A stretch of DNA of 64,000 nt from Neocallimastix sp. 'constans' (taxonomy: Eukaryota). Position 1 is the stretch's first letter, and every line of letters starts with the position of its first letter. The translations under genes and the position numbers were made by a program. The stretch spans positions 868,001-932,000 of the forward strand of contig JBODTK010000011.1 in assembly GCA_050613775.1 (NCBI GenBank). The letters are read 5' to 3'. The notes under the pieces are model-generated. The model ran no database searches. It had not been told where the DNA came from and saw only the letters and a list, made by a program, of their open reading frames with translations. Of this stretch, positions 43,547-56,846 are shown piece after piece.

Positions 43547-44504
43547 TGGTACAGGATTTTTGAAATTGATGGATGCATAATAATATATTGATAAATAGAT
43601 AGTGGACGTATAAAAAGTACGAAAAACTTATATAATATTTATTTATTTATTTATTTATTGACTATTTATTAATTTATTTATTTAAAAATTTATTTAACTA
43701 TATATTTATTCATCCATTTATTTATTTCTCCATTACATAAAAAAAAGAAAAGAGAGAGATTTTAAATAATAATATTACTAATATTTTATAAATTTTGGTA
43801 ATACATTGATTAGTTAAAAATAATTTTGTGCAACAATAAAATAATAATAAAATTTTAGATATGAATATTAATAATAAAAAGTTTATAATATAAAATAAAA
43901 TTTATCAAATGTATAATAATTTATTAAATAATTAATAATAAAGAATAATTTATAAGAAATATTTACATGTTTTTATATTTTTCTTTGATTTTAAACTATT
44001 TACATTAAAAATAATAAAATTAATAAAAGAGAAATAAAGAATAATTTATTATTAAATTAAACAATATTTACAATTAAAATATTAATAAAGATGAGTTTTA
44101 AAATATTATTTTAATTACAATTTGTTTATAAAAGTTGAATTATAAAATAAATAAAATAATCATTATTTTAAATAAAAGTAACTTAAAAATTATTTAACTA
44201 TTTAATTTTAATTTTGAGATGTTTATAAGTTTGTTTATTTGTTATTTATAATTTATTAAATTTGTTTATTATTTTGTTTATTTGTAGTTTTAGAAAAATA
44301 TTATTTATTAATTTATTTTAGTTTTTAATTAAAATTATTAATGATTAATTAATTTATTATTATTTTATTTTAATTATTTTTATTTAATTGAATTTTCTTT
44401 AATATGGATTTAATTTTTTTTAGAATGGATTAATTTTTGGGTTAAGTTAGACAAGAATTTGTTCTTTATTATTTATTTTATTTTAATAATTTTGTTATTT
44501 ATCA
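43547..44504. mobile_element. Chimeric LTR: truncated copy of the 44509 LTR (43547-43919) fused to an inverted copy of 41027-41620
   Basis: Direct similarity to 44509-44905, then reverse-complement similarity to 41027-41620, joined at TATAATAA. Confidence 0.8.
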
Positions 44505-44508
44505 CAAA

Positions 44509-47147
44509 TGGTACAGGACTTTTGAAATTGATAGATGTATAATAATATATTGGTAAATAGATAGTGGACGTATTAAAAGTACGAGAAACTTATATAATAT
44601 TTATTTATTTATTTATTGACTATTTATTAATTTATTTATTTAAAAATTTATTTAATTATATATTTATTCATCCATTTATTTATTTGTTCATTTATTTATT
44701 TATTCCTCCATTACCTAAAAAAAAGAAAAGAGAGAGATTTAAAATAATATTATTACAAAATATTTTATAAATTTTGGTAATACATTGATTAGTTAAAAAT
44801 AATTTTGTGTAACAATAAAATAATAATAAAATTTTAGATATGAATATTAATAATAAAAATAATAAAAAGTTTATAATATAAAATAAAATTTATCAAATGT
44901 ATAATAAAACTATAATAAGAATATAGTAAAATATTAATTTTATAGCAAAATATTAATAATTAATAATATATATATTTATATAATAATAAAGGAAATATTG
45001 ATAAATTTAATAAAGATAATAATTAATTAATAAAATAGATTTAAAACATATTTATATGGAGAAATGTTAAAATTATTATAATTTAAGATATTTGAGTAAA
45101 TACCGTATCATGATGCCCCCGTTAAGTTTAGACTTCGTCCCTTGAAGTCTATACTTCGCATAATCTGTATGATACAATGTTCTTTATGTGAACATTTCTC
45201 TCAGCGATTTCATTAGTTACAGGATCGCAAAGTGTGACCGTGTTAAATTTCTTCTTAACTATTTTCATAGGGCCAAGGAAGAACGGGTCTAATTTTCTTC
45301 GGTTAATAAGTTTGACTAGGACAAGATCACCAGGGTTATATTCAGCCTTCATTCTCTTCATTTGTTTTCGCCTGTCTTCCCATAACTTGTTAGCAGTATT
45401 AATGTTGTTGATGGCTTCTTTAATCCAGGCATAATGTTTAGTAAATCTTCTTATTAAAAATTCTTCTTCACTTTCGTATTCTTCTTTCTTGTCTAAGTTC
45501 AGTGTTAATTCAAAGGGTTGTAAATCGCGACGTCCATATAACAACTCAAAACTAGAAAATTTAGTAGTTTCATTCTTACAGGTGCGAATAGCCCATAAAG
45601 CGCTTGGTAGCATCTCATCCCAAATGGTAGTGTCGCGATTACAAAGAATTCTCAAATACTTGCCAATTTCTTTATTTCTATTTTCGAGTTCACTGTTGGA
45701 TTCTAGATGGTATGTTGTAATATAGTGTACGTAAACTCCATATAAGTCGAGAAAAGCTTTCGTTTTGTCCGAACAGAATTGGGGTCCGTTGTCCGTTATT
45801 AAAATCTCAGGCGTTCCATGTCGAGCAAAGACTTTGGATAGAAATTGGATAACGTCATCTGATTCAATATTCTTAGTGGGTTCAGCTTCAACCCACTTAC
45901 TCAGGTAATCTACTAAAACTATAATGTATTGATTACCTTTCTGAGTAACTGGTAGAGGTCCTACAATGTCTAGATCTACCTTGGTAAATGGAAGACCTGG
46001 TTTCGTGGCTGTATCTTCAGGTTGATAGTTAAATGTTTGTGTCTTAAAAAGTTGACAAGTTTTACAGGTCCTGACCATGTATTTAACATCTTGTATCATG
46101 TTGGTCCAATAGTAATCTCATTTCAAGCGGTTGTATGTCTTGAAAGTACCTTCGTGACCAATACCATGGGCCTTAAGAATAAGTTTGACTTTTTCCTCTG
46201 GGTTATCTATAACTTTTCTTAGCATTCCATTGTCTTTATAAAATTTTTCTCCATTTATTAAAGTAAACTTGTCTTTTAATAGATTTAATAAGTTGTTTTC
46301 GTCTGTTTCACTATTTACACTCACGGTAGTAGTTGCTAATATATCGCTTTTGATGGATGGCATCCTCGAGAGTGCGTCTGCGATAACATTCTTTTTACCA
46401 GGTTCATATTGAACACGAACCTTCAACATTGATAAGAGTAATACCCAGCGCGTTTACCTTGCATTGTTGGGTTCTTTGGAGGTGAATAAACTAACTAGTG
46501 GTTTGTGGTCTGTATAGAGGATAGTGGAACAGTTATTGCTAGAGATGTAAGGTTTGAATTTCTTTACGCTATAGAATGCAGCTGTTCCTTCTAAGTCGGT
46601 GATAGAGTAATTCTTTTCGGAAGGTTTTAATGAACGGCTAATGAAATGGATGGGTTTTTCCTTACCATCTTCCTCTTTTTGTAATAGAACGCCACCGATA
46701 CCATCATGAGAGGCGTCTGTACGGATGATGAAAGGCTTTTCGAAGTCAGGCATAATTAATATAGGTGTCTTCACAAGTCTATCTTTAAGTTCTTGGAAGC
46801 TGTTTTCTTGTTCTGTATTTTGGTAATACATTGATTAGTTAAAAATAATTTTGTGTAATAATAAAATAATAATAAAATTTTAGATATGAATATTAATAAT
46901 AAAAAGTTTATAATATAAAATAAAATTTATCAAATGTATAATAAAAATATAATAAGAATATAATAAAATATTTATTTTATAGCAAAATATTAATAATTAA
47001 TAATATATATATTTATATAATAATAAAGGAAATATTTATAAATTTAATAGAGATAATAATTAATTAATAAAATAGATTTAAAACATATTTATATGGAGAA
47101 ATGTTAAAATTATTATAATTTAAGGTATTTGAGTAAATACCGTATCA
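44509..47147 (-). mobile_element. Internally deleted Ty3/gypsy element: 3' LTR 44509-45110, integrase and RNase H remnants, partial 5' LTR ~46818-47147
   Basis: ORFs with IRTDASHDGIGGVL, YTDHKPL, GHEG..C..CQ, DIVGPLP and ITDNGPQF. PPT GGGGGCATCA adjoins TGATACGGTA. 46818-47147 repeats 44771-45110. Confidence 0.9.
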
Positions 47148-47151
47148 ATCG

Positions 47152-48003
47152 TGGTACAAGATCTGAAGATTTTATTAATAAAAAATATATTCTAATAATA
47201 AGAAATAATTTAAAATAATATTCTCTAATTCTAAACCTAAATTAATTAATAAACTATTCTAATTTTAGTCTAAACTATCCTAATCTAAAAGAATCTAAAC
47301 TAAATTAAAATAACTTAAACTAATATCCTAATCTAAACTAAACAATTTCTCTAAATCTATTACTATTTCTATAAAATGTTTAATACATCTAATCTATTAC
47401 TAATCTAATTTTATACTATACTATCTTAATATTATACACTAAACACAAAAACTATTAATTAAACACTTTTAAAACACTAAATTTAGAAAAACTATTTAAT
47501 AAATATTAATTTATTTTAAACTATTTAATTTATTATTTAACTTTTAGAAAATATTAAAAAAATAATATAATAATAAAGTCGTAAGAAAAAAAGGGAGAGA
47601 ACAAAAGTATTGTGTTACTTTGTTCTTTTTTATACTAATAAAATATTTATTTGATTGGATTAAAAATAAAAAGAATTTAATAATAAAAATTTAATAATAA
47701 AAATTTAATAATAAGAATTTAATAATAAAAATTTAATAATAAAAATTTAATAATAAAAAAAATAAACTTAAATTTTCTAAATTATTAAAATATTATATAA
47801 AAATTTTACAATATTAAATAATATAATTAATACATGATTTTTCAATACATCTAATTATTTTTATTTAACTTTATAATATTCTATAACTAATATTTTAATA
47901 TTCAATTTTTTTTTATATTTATTTATAATTGTTAATAATATTTTTTTACTTTAATATTTTCTTTAAATAGTTTAATTTTTCTTTATTTAATTGTACCGTA
48001 ACA
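47152..48003. mobile_element. Solo LTR (TGGTAC...CCGTAACA)
   Basis: Termini resemble the 44509-45110 LTR; flanks ATCG/ATCA. A further LTR terminus, TGCTACAGGAC, starts at 48008. Confidence 0.7.
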
Positions 48004-48529
48004 ATCATGCTACAGGACTTTTCATTTATTTATTTTCAATAATAATATATTCTAATTAATTCTAATTAAACTTATTTATTTATTCCTGAATATTATCTAA
48101 ACTAATTAAACTCAACATTAATATTCTCACTAATGTTTTTAAATATAAACTAAGCTCTCTTTTATTTTATTTTAAACCCCTTAACTAACTTAATTATTAT
48201 TTAAACTTAAAACTATTGTATTAACAACACAGCTTAACACTAAATTAAAACACCCTTAATCAATTTATTTTACCTTATTTTATTCTAAAATTTAATTTAT
48301 AAAATTTGAGAGAGAGTTTTTAATATTTTTTGATTTTACAAGTTATTTATAGAATTTAACGAAGTTTTTTAATTGGTTCAAATAATTTTTTAATTAATTA
48401 AAATAAAATAATGTATAAAAAATAATAAAATAATATATAAAAATAATAAAAATTAAAATAAAAATAAAAGTAAAAGTAAAAATACAAATAAAAATATAAA
48501 ATAAAAATAAAGATATAAGATAAAATTCA

Positions 48530-48857
48530 GTTTAGAAGGAGTAACTGAATTTTTGGATAACTACCGCCGTGTTTAGAAGAAGTAACTGAATTTTTGGATA
48601 ACTACCGCCGTGTTTAGAAGAAGTAACTGAATTTTTGGATAACTACCGCCGTGTTTAGAAGAAGTAACTGAATTTTTGGATAACTACCGCCGTGTTTAGA
48701 AGAAGTAACTGAATTCTTGGATAACTACCGCCGTGTTTAGAAGAAGTAACTGAATTCTTGGATAACTACCGCCGTGTTTAGAAGAAGTAACTGAATTCTT
48801 GGATAACTACCGCCGTATTTAGAACAAGTAACTGAATTTTTGGATAACTACCGCCTT
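48530..48857 (+). repeat. Eight tandem 41-bp repeats upstream of a gypsy gag-pol
   Basis: Unit GTTTAGAAGAAGTAACTGAATT(T/C)TTGGATAACTACCGCCGT starts at 48530, 48571, 48612, 48653, 48694, 48735, 48776 and 48817. No spacers. Confidence 0.95.
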
Positions 48858-49137
48858 GTTCAGGATAGCTACCTTAGATAAAATTTGTATTTGGATTAAT
48901 TGTTTCATTATTTTTATTATTTTATATTTAGTTGTATACTCGTTCGACACCTTTTTAAGTGGATAGCGTCTGAACGACTTAACAACATTAAATATAATAA
49001 TAATAATAATAAGTAATTAATAAAAGACTTTCTTGTTTATCAAGTGAATAATTAAATTATACACTTAATAAATCCTAATTGAATTAAGTGAACGCATAAA
49101 TTATAAGTTACAAATTTTATTTTTTTGGTAATTCAAA

Positions 49138-52100
49138 TTGGAAGAACTAAACATTATTTTTCAAAATCTAAATTTGGAAGACAACATGAACCAACAACAG
49201 CAGGTAAATCAAGTACCTCAACTTAAAATAATCAACGACCCTCCTACATTCTCTGGAAATACGAGGGAATTAGATGGCTTCCTTACAAGAATCGAATTGG
49301 CAATTGATGCCAATCCTCAACGATTTACTAATGAAGCTGCTAGGGTAAACTTTATTATGTCTTATTTAACTGGAAAGGCTTTAAACTGGGCATCTTGTTT
49401 AAGAAGAAATAATAATCCCATTTTACAAAATTTAGAACAATTTGTAGCCGAATTAAGAAGAAATTTTGGTGATCCAGATGTTGAAGCTGTTGTTGCGAAT
49501 GCTAAACTCTGCAATATTCACCAATTTAAATATGGCCAAGTTGTTAATTATATTACTGCCTTTCAAAAAGTTAGTCAATACTCAAACTTCAATGATGCCG
49601 CAAAAATTTATATGTTCATTAGAGGCTTACATCCAAAAATGCGTGAATATTTAGCCTTAGTTAATCCAAACCCCAATGATTTAAATGCTTTGTTCAGAGA
49701 TATCGTTAATATAGAAAGTTTAACAAAAAGAAACGATATCAAGGAATATTACTTGACGCATCAAGATAGGAGAAATTATAATAGTGATGATCCTATGGAT
49801 GTAGATCTTTTCGGAATTAGGAAAGGACAGAGAAATATAAGATACTTTCCAACACACGAAAAAAACTACGAGGAACATAAAGAGAATAATTCCGATAAAA
49901 GAAGGAAAGGTCTGTGCTTCATTTGTGGAAAACCTGGACACTTAAAATTTAATTGTCCAAATAAGAAAAGACCAAAAGGTGTTAAGATTATTAACAAATT
50001 CGACAACGAAAGCAAGTCTCCTTCTACCTCCCTCAAAAGAATTAAAAAGATCGAAGATTCTGAAAATATTTTTAATGTTTTAAATATAATAAATAACGAA
50101 AACTTGAATATAAAAGGAAAATCCAATATTATTGATTTCTATATTAAAACTAATGATTCTAAAGAAATAAAAGTGAAAGTTCTTATTGATTCTGGTTCTG
50201 ATATTAATTGTATTCACCCAGAATTTGCAAGAGTTAATAATATAAAACTTTTGAAAGCAGAAAATCCTTTCAAAGTTGCCGGTCTGGGATATGGTTTATC
50301 TACTGTTAAGAAGATGACAGAAAAATGTATCCTCCGTTTTAAGAATCACTTGGAAGTTATTCAATTATACGCCCTTCGTATCCCCGATGTCGATATCATT
50401 TTAGGATTACCTTGGATTGAAAAGCATTGTCCAATAAACTACCATGACTCAAGAAAAATTGCTTTTAGCTCTGGATTCTGCGCTAGACACTGCAACGTAG
50501 GAAAAAGGAATAGAAAAAATAAGAATAAAAAGAAGTTAAACAAAATCTCTACTAAAGGAAAGGAACCATATGAAGAACTTTCCTTAACAAAGGAAAAGAA
50601 TAATCCTAAGCGTAAGTATTCCTTCGAATCTGATTCCGATATGGATTCTGATGAAGTAATTACGATTAGAGGTCGTCGCACTCGTATTAAAACTTGTAGT
50701 GAAAAAGAAGAACTTAATGATGTAAAAAATTTTTGTATAATTAATTATGATAGTGATGTAAATGATAGTTTTATGTTTGATAATGATGATGAAATTTATG
50801 AATTTAGTGATAGTAATAATATTAATTTAGATGAATTAAATAAAATTTGTAAAATTGATGTTTTATGTAAAAATGTAACAAAAAATTGTAATCATAATGA
50901 TAATTTAAATAAAGATGAAAATAAAAAGTATATTTCTAAAAAGTGTTCTGTGAAAAATTTGTGTTGTATCTGTAATTGTTTGAAAATTAGTAATTTTGAG
51001 AATAAATTAAATCAAAAAATTATAGGAATACTTCCTATTTATAACAATTACGCAGAAGTATTCAATGAAAGAAATTGCAACGTACTCCCTCCACATCGTG
51101 AATATGATTGTGAAATAAGATTAAAGGATAATTCAAATTTATTTTATGGTCTAATATATCCCTTAACTGAGGCAGAACGAGATGAACTAAAAAAGTATAT
51201 AAAAGAAAATTTAGAAAAAGGATTCATTAGGAAATCCAAATCACCCGCTGGTGCACCTGTATTATTTGTTAAAAAGAAAGATGGTTCATTGAGATTATGT
51301 GTTGATTATAGAAAATTGAATGAAATGACCATCCGTAATTCTTATCCTCTTCCTTTAATAAGTGAATTATTAGATAGAGTTAAAGGTGCAAAATATTTTA
51401 CCAAGTTGGACTTAAAGTCTGCCTACAATTTAGTAAGAATTAAAGAAGGTGATGAGTACAAGACTGCATTTCGTACTAGATATGGTCATTTTGAATATTT
51501 AGTTATGCCTTTTGGCTTAAAAAATGCTCCAGCCACCTTCCAGCATTTTATAAATGATGTTCTTAGCGATTACTTAGATGATTTTGTTATTTCTTACATT
51601 GATGATATATTAATTTATTCGAATAGTTTAGAGGAACATCATGAACACGTTAAAAAGGTGCTTAAAAAATTATTAGAAAATGACTTGTACATTAAATTAG
51701 AGAAATGTGAATTCGATGTTACTGAAACCACTTTTCTTGGTTACATTTTATCAAAAGACGGCTTGAAAGTTGATCCTGAAAAGGTTAAAGCTATCCTAGA
51801 TTGGCCTGTTCCTTCTAATGTAAAGGAAATACAATCATTTATTGGATTATGTAATTATTATAGAATTTTTATCAAGGATTTTGCTAAGATTGCGCGGCCC
51901 TTACATAAACTTACCAGGAAAAATGTTCCATTTCTCTGGGGTTCTGATCAACAAAAATCCTTTGATAAATTAAAAGAACTTTTTACTTCTGCTCCAATTT
52001 TAAGAAATCCTGATAGTAACAAACCTTTCATTGTGGAAACTGATGCTTCTAATTTCGCTGTTGGAGCTATACTTTCCCAAGAATTTGATGGTCAGTTACA

Positions 52101-53044
52101 CCCAATTGCTTTTATTTCTACCAATCTAACCAAATCTCAACTAAATTACCCCATTTATGATAAAGAGCTTCTTGCAATTAAAGTTGCTTTGGAAGAATGG
52201 CGTCATTACCTTGAAGGTGCTCGCCATCCATTTACTATTTATACCGATCATAAAAACCTTACTTTTCCTAGGAAGCCTGAGCTACTTTCTCAACGACAAA
52301 TTCGTTGGTATGAATTTCTTTCTCGTTTCGATTTTAATCTTGTGTATCGTTCTGGTAAAATATCTGGTAAACCAGATATTTTGTCAAGAAGAAGTGATCA
52401 TTTATTTGATTGTTCTCGTGATGTTTCTTGTTGTGTTATTAATCGTAACTCATGTGACGAGTCCTTAATTAATTCTATTTTGAAATCTTTAAATAATGAT
52501 GATCTTTTTATAAAAATTAAATCATTTATTTTAAATAATAGTAATGTTAATCCACCTATTAAATTTATTGATAAGTGTAAAATTGATAAGGAAGGTTTCT
52601 TACTTTTTGATAACTTAATTTATGTCCCTCAGAATCTTCGCACAAGAGTTCTTGAAATACACCATGACTCTGTTACTGCTGGTCATTTCGGTGTACGCAA
52701 AACATTTGATTTGATTAATCGTAACTTTTGGTGGCCTAAGTTACGTAATGATGTTAAAAAGTTTGTTAAGTCCTGTGAAACTTGCTGCAAAGCTAAAGTT
52801 CCAAGACATAAACCCTACGGTCTTTTATCTCCTTTGTCTACCCCCGACAGACCATGGTCAGACATCTCCATGGATTTTATTGTTGAATTACCGAAATCCA
52901 AAGATATGACCACTGTCATGACTGTTGTAGATAGATTGACTAAAATGGCACATTTTATTCCTTTACGTTGTCTTCCTACTGCTTCAATTGCTGCCGATTC
53001 TTTTATTAACCATATCTTTAGGTTACATGGCTTTCCTGATTCCA
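49138..53044 (+). mobile_element. Ty3/gypsy (Tf1/sushi, chromovirus-like) single-ORF Gag-PR-RT-RH-IN, truncated in the integrase core
   Basis: PPTFSG..LTGKALNW gag, PMDVD, CFICGKPGHLKFNC, LIDSGS, YIDDILIYS, VETDAS, GHFG..C..C and SMDFIVELP. Homology ends at HGFPDS. First ATG is at 49186. Confidence 0.95.
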
Positions 53045-56000
53045 ATAGGATTTCATCCGAAGATTTGTTTACACTTTTAGTTGGTCTAGCAGCTATGTCA
53101 AAGGGTTGATGGTCTTCTCGTCCATAAACAAGTTCAAAGCTAGAGTGATTAGTAACCGAATTTTTGGTTGTACGAAGAGCCCATAAAGCGGAAGGTAAGA
53201 CTTCGTCCCATTCTTTTTGTTTATTTCCTAAAAGTCTAAGTAGTTTTCCAATTTCTTTATTTCGGTTTTCTGTAAGACCGTTCGTTTCTGGATGATAAGT
53301 TGTACTGAACCTCACATACACATCATAAAGATCTAGGAACACTTTTGTCATATCCGAATTGAATTGAACACCATTATCAGTTGTAATTGTTTGAGGCACA
53401 CCATGACGAGAGAATACATTAATTAAAAATTTTATTACATCTTTTGAAGTTACATTTTCAGTTGGCTCGGCCTCTACCCATTTAGTAAAATAGTCCACGA
53501 TTACCAAAATATATTTATTATTGTTTGATGTTTTCTCTAGAGGTCCAATTATATCTAAACCTAAATGTGTGAAAGGTCCTTCAACTTCTGTAGGAATATC
53601 TTCTGTTGGTTCTGGGTATGCTTTGGGTCTATTTAATTGACATTGTTCGCATTTTGAAATAATTCTTTTAATATCATTTACCATGTTGTTCCAATAGTAA
53701 CTTTTTCGTAATCGTTGGTAAGTTTTATTATATCCTTCATGTCCTATGCCATGAGCTTCAAGAATGAGTTTGACCTTTTCATTAGTATCAGTAATTAATT
53801 TCCTATAAGTATTTTCATCTATAAAGTATTCAATTCCATCAATTGTTGTAAATTTTTCTTCCATAAATTCTTTTACAACTTTAGATAATAAAGATTCATC
53901 AACTTTTGAAGAGAGTTTTGTTGCCAATATTTTCTTATCATTTATACTTTTCATTCGAGAAAGAGCATCAGCTACAACATTCTTTTTGCCAGGTTCATAT
54001 CGAATTTCTACACCTAAAAGATTTACAGCTAAACACCATCTGGTTTGTCGAGCACTTGTTGGTTCTTTCTTGTTGAATAATCCTACTAAGGGTTTATGGT
54101 CAGTATAGATTATTGTTTTAATGGGATTTCCCATAATATAAGGTTTAAATTTTGTTAAGCAATAAAATAGAGCAGTTCCTTCTAGATCTGTAATTCCGTA
54201 ATTTCTTTCATGTTTAGTTAATGTTCTACTTATATAGTGTACAGGATGCTCTTTTTTCGTTTCATCATCTTTTTGTAATAGGACACCACCAATGCCATCA
54301 TACGATGCATCCGTTCGAATAATAAATTCTTTCTCGAAACATGGAAATTTTAAAATTGGTGCATTCATTAATTTTTCTTTAAGTATATTAAAGCTATCAT
54401 TTTGCTCTTTATTCCATCGGAATTCAACATCTTTTCTTAACAATTTGCAAAGAGGAGCTGTTATTCGAGCATATTTATCGATGAAGTCTCGATAATATCC
54501 TATCGCCCCTAGGAAAGACCGTAATTCATGGAGGTTTGAAGGAGGTTTCCAATTTTTAATTGATTCAATCTTGCTATCAAGAAGGCTCAGACCTTGTGCA
54601 GATACTTTGTGACCGAGGACTTCAACTTCTGTTTGCATAAACGAACATTTTTCAATATTGATTTTAAGTTTGTGTTCTTTGAAAACAGCGAGTACTTTAG
54701 CAATATGTTCGAGGTGTTCTTCTAAAGATTTTGAGTATATAAGGATATCGTCAATGAAATTGAAAACAAAATCACCAATGAAAGGAAAGAGAATTTTGTT
54801 CATCTCACGTTGGAAAGTTGCTGGAGCGTTAGTAAGTCCGAAAGGCATGACTTTGAATTGATAATTTCCGAATTTTGTGGTAAAACTGGTAACTTCAACG
54901 CTTTCTTCATCCATAAGTATTTGATGATATCCGGAGTAAAGGTCCATTGTAGTAAATATTATAGCACCATCTAAACTATCGAATATTTCATCAATATTTG
55001 GAAGAGAATATGAATCTTTTATAGTAGCATCATTGACTTTTCTATAGTCAACACACATTCTCCATTTACCATTTGGTTTAGGAACAAGAACAACAGGCGA
55101 AGACCATTCTGAGTATGATGGTTCAATAAGTCTTTTATTTATTAATTTAGTAAGTTCTTCTTTAAGAATATCTGTTTTTAGTTTTGAGATTCTATAAAAT
55201 TTTTGTTTAATTGGCCTAGCACCAGGTTTAAGGTGAATTTTATGTGGAGATAAGTTCGAAGGTGTTAATTCTTCAGAAGAGGTCGCAATTATAACTATAT
55301 TATCTTCTAAAAGTTTAATTATTTGATCTCGATACTTTTTATTAAGAGTATTGATAAATTTTTCGTTATGAATATATTCTCGAGGAGGAAGACCTTCCAT
55401 TTTCTTAAGTTCTTTCTTAATAGATTCATTAGAAATAGCTTTTACAAAACAAACTAATTTTTCTTCATTTTCATATTGATTGTTTATAGGAGCAATTTCT
55501 TCAACCGATCCATTATCATTGAATTGGCAAAGACTATAAAGAATAGGATGAATAAACAATTTATGATCTATTTGAGTTTTCAAGTTAATAAGAATATCAA
55601 AGAAAGGATCTTCTTTATCTATAACTCTACATATAGCAACCATATGAAAATTATTAATTTGTACAGGAATATTGATTAAATAGTCTTCCGAATAATCATC
55701 ATTAATAGTTGCTAGTCGGATTCTTCCACGACTGATTCCAATAGGCTCATATACAGAAGGTAACTTTCTAAGGAATTGATTAGTAATAATATTTAAATTA
55801 CTACAAGAATCAATCAATGCTTTTCCTTTGACTCCTTCAACAGTAACGTCGACCATGGCTATATCATCTTCTTTGGGTTCTTTGTTTTTACTTTTATAAG
55901 TGTGATCAAGATTATTAACTATAGTAGTAGTAGCACAAATGTTGTCAACGGCACCGGCTATCTTAATAGAATCTTTTTCTAACTTTAAACCTTTTGCAAC

Positions 56001-56846
56001 TTGAGATCTGATTTTTGGTGATACTTCAAATAATTCTCCAAAGGTAATATTACATTTAGTAGTATTTAAGTCTTTAATAACATTGTAAGGTAGATGATCA
56101 GCTATCATTTGGATCTTTCTTGGAACTCTAGGAATTTTGTTTCCAGGAAGTTTATTTACTTTTAGTTTATCATTAATGAGTTTATTTAATGTATTATTTG
56201 GAATACTATTTTCATCATTATTAGAAATAATATGATCAGTTTCATCAATATCAACAATTTCAATGGGCGAGGTGGAAGTAGATGCAAGTTCTGTATCACT
56301 AACCTCTTTTCCTTTTTCTTTTTCTTTTCTGCGATTAGATAAATCTATATCAGTAATTTCCATAGGTGATTGAGAAGTACTAGCACGTTCTTTATCACGA
56401 ATTTCTTTTTCTTTTTGTTTTTCGAGATTGATTAAGGGCTGTGACATTATCGAAGGATGTATCTGACTTGATGTTTGTTTTGGAGTTGGATTAATTTTCA
56501 ATTCATTTTCTTTCTTCTTTCGCAAAGCTGGAGTAACAATTGGTCGAGGATTATCTCTAAGACTTTTGTGAATTTTCTTTTCTTGATTACCTTTATGATC
56601 TTTACTAATGTTATCACGCTTTCTTTTAAAAGCAGCAACCAAGTAGTCGTTTTCATCTTGAATTAAGTCAATATCTTCTAAATCATTGATGTCTTCTTCT
56701 TCGATTTCATCCTCAGATAATTCATAACTTTTTTTTTTTTCTTCTATTTCTTCATGGAAGTAGTCATTAGCTGAAGATTGTTGATATTTAACGGAAGCTA
56801 TTTTATTGACAATGGGAGTGCTTCTTCTCCCTTTTAGTGATTTAAA
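53040..56846 (-). CDS. Ty3/gypsy Pol (PR-RT-RNase H-IN) in the -1 frame relative to gag, C-terminally truncated
   Basis: ALIDSCS, FIDDILIYS, IRTDASYDG, GHEG..CEQC, DIIGP, TTDNG and NGLTE. The frame is open from the slippery site at 56846. Homology ends at SDEILLE (~53040). Confidence 0.92.
56794..56846 (-). promoter_or_regulatory. Predicted programmed -1 ribosomal frameshift signal
   Basis: T TTA AAT in gag phase, an 8-nt spacer, then GGGAG/CTCCC and GAAGC/GCTTC stems. Confidence 0.8.

Noticed and set aside
48530..48857. CRISPR-like array (41-bp units starting GTTT)
   Set aside because: The units abut with no unique spacers, there are no cas genes, and the context is a eukaryotic retroelement.
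52815..53109. Genuine overlapping antisense genes
   Set aside because: The overlap is read-through past a fusion junction; each tail is the antisense of the other integrase.
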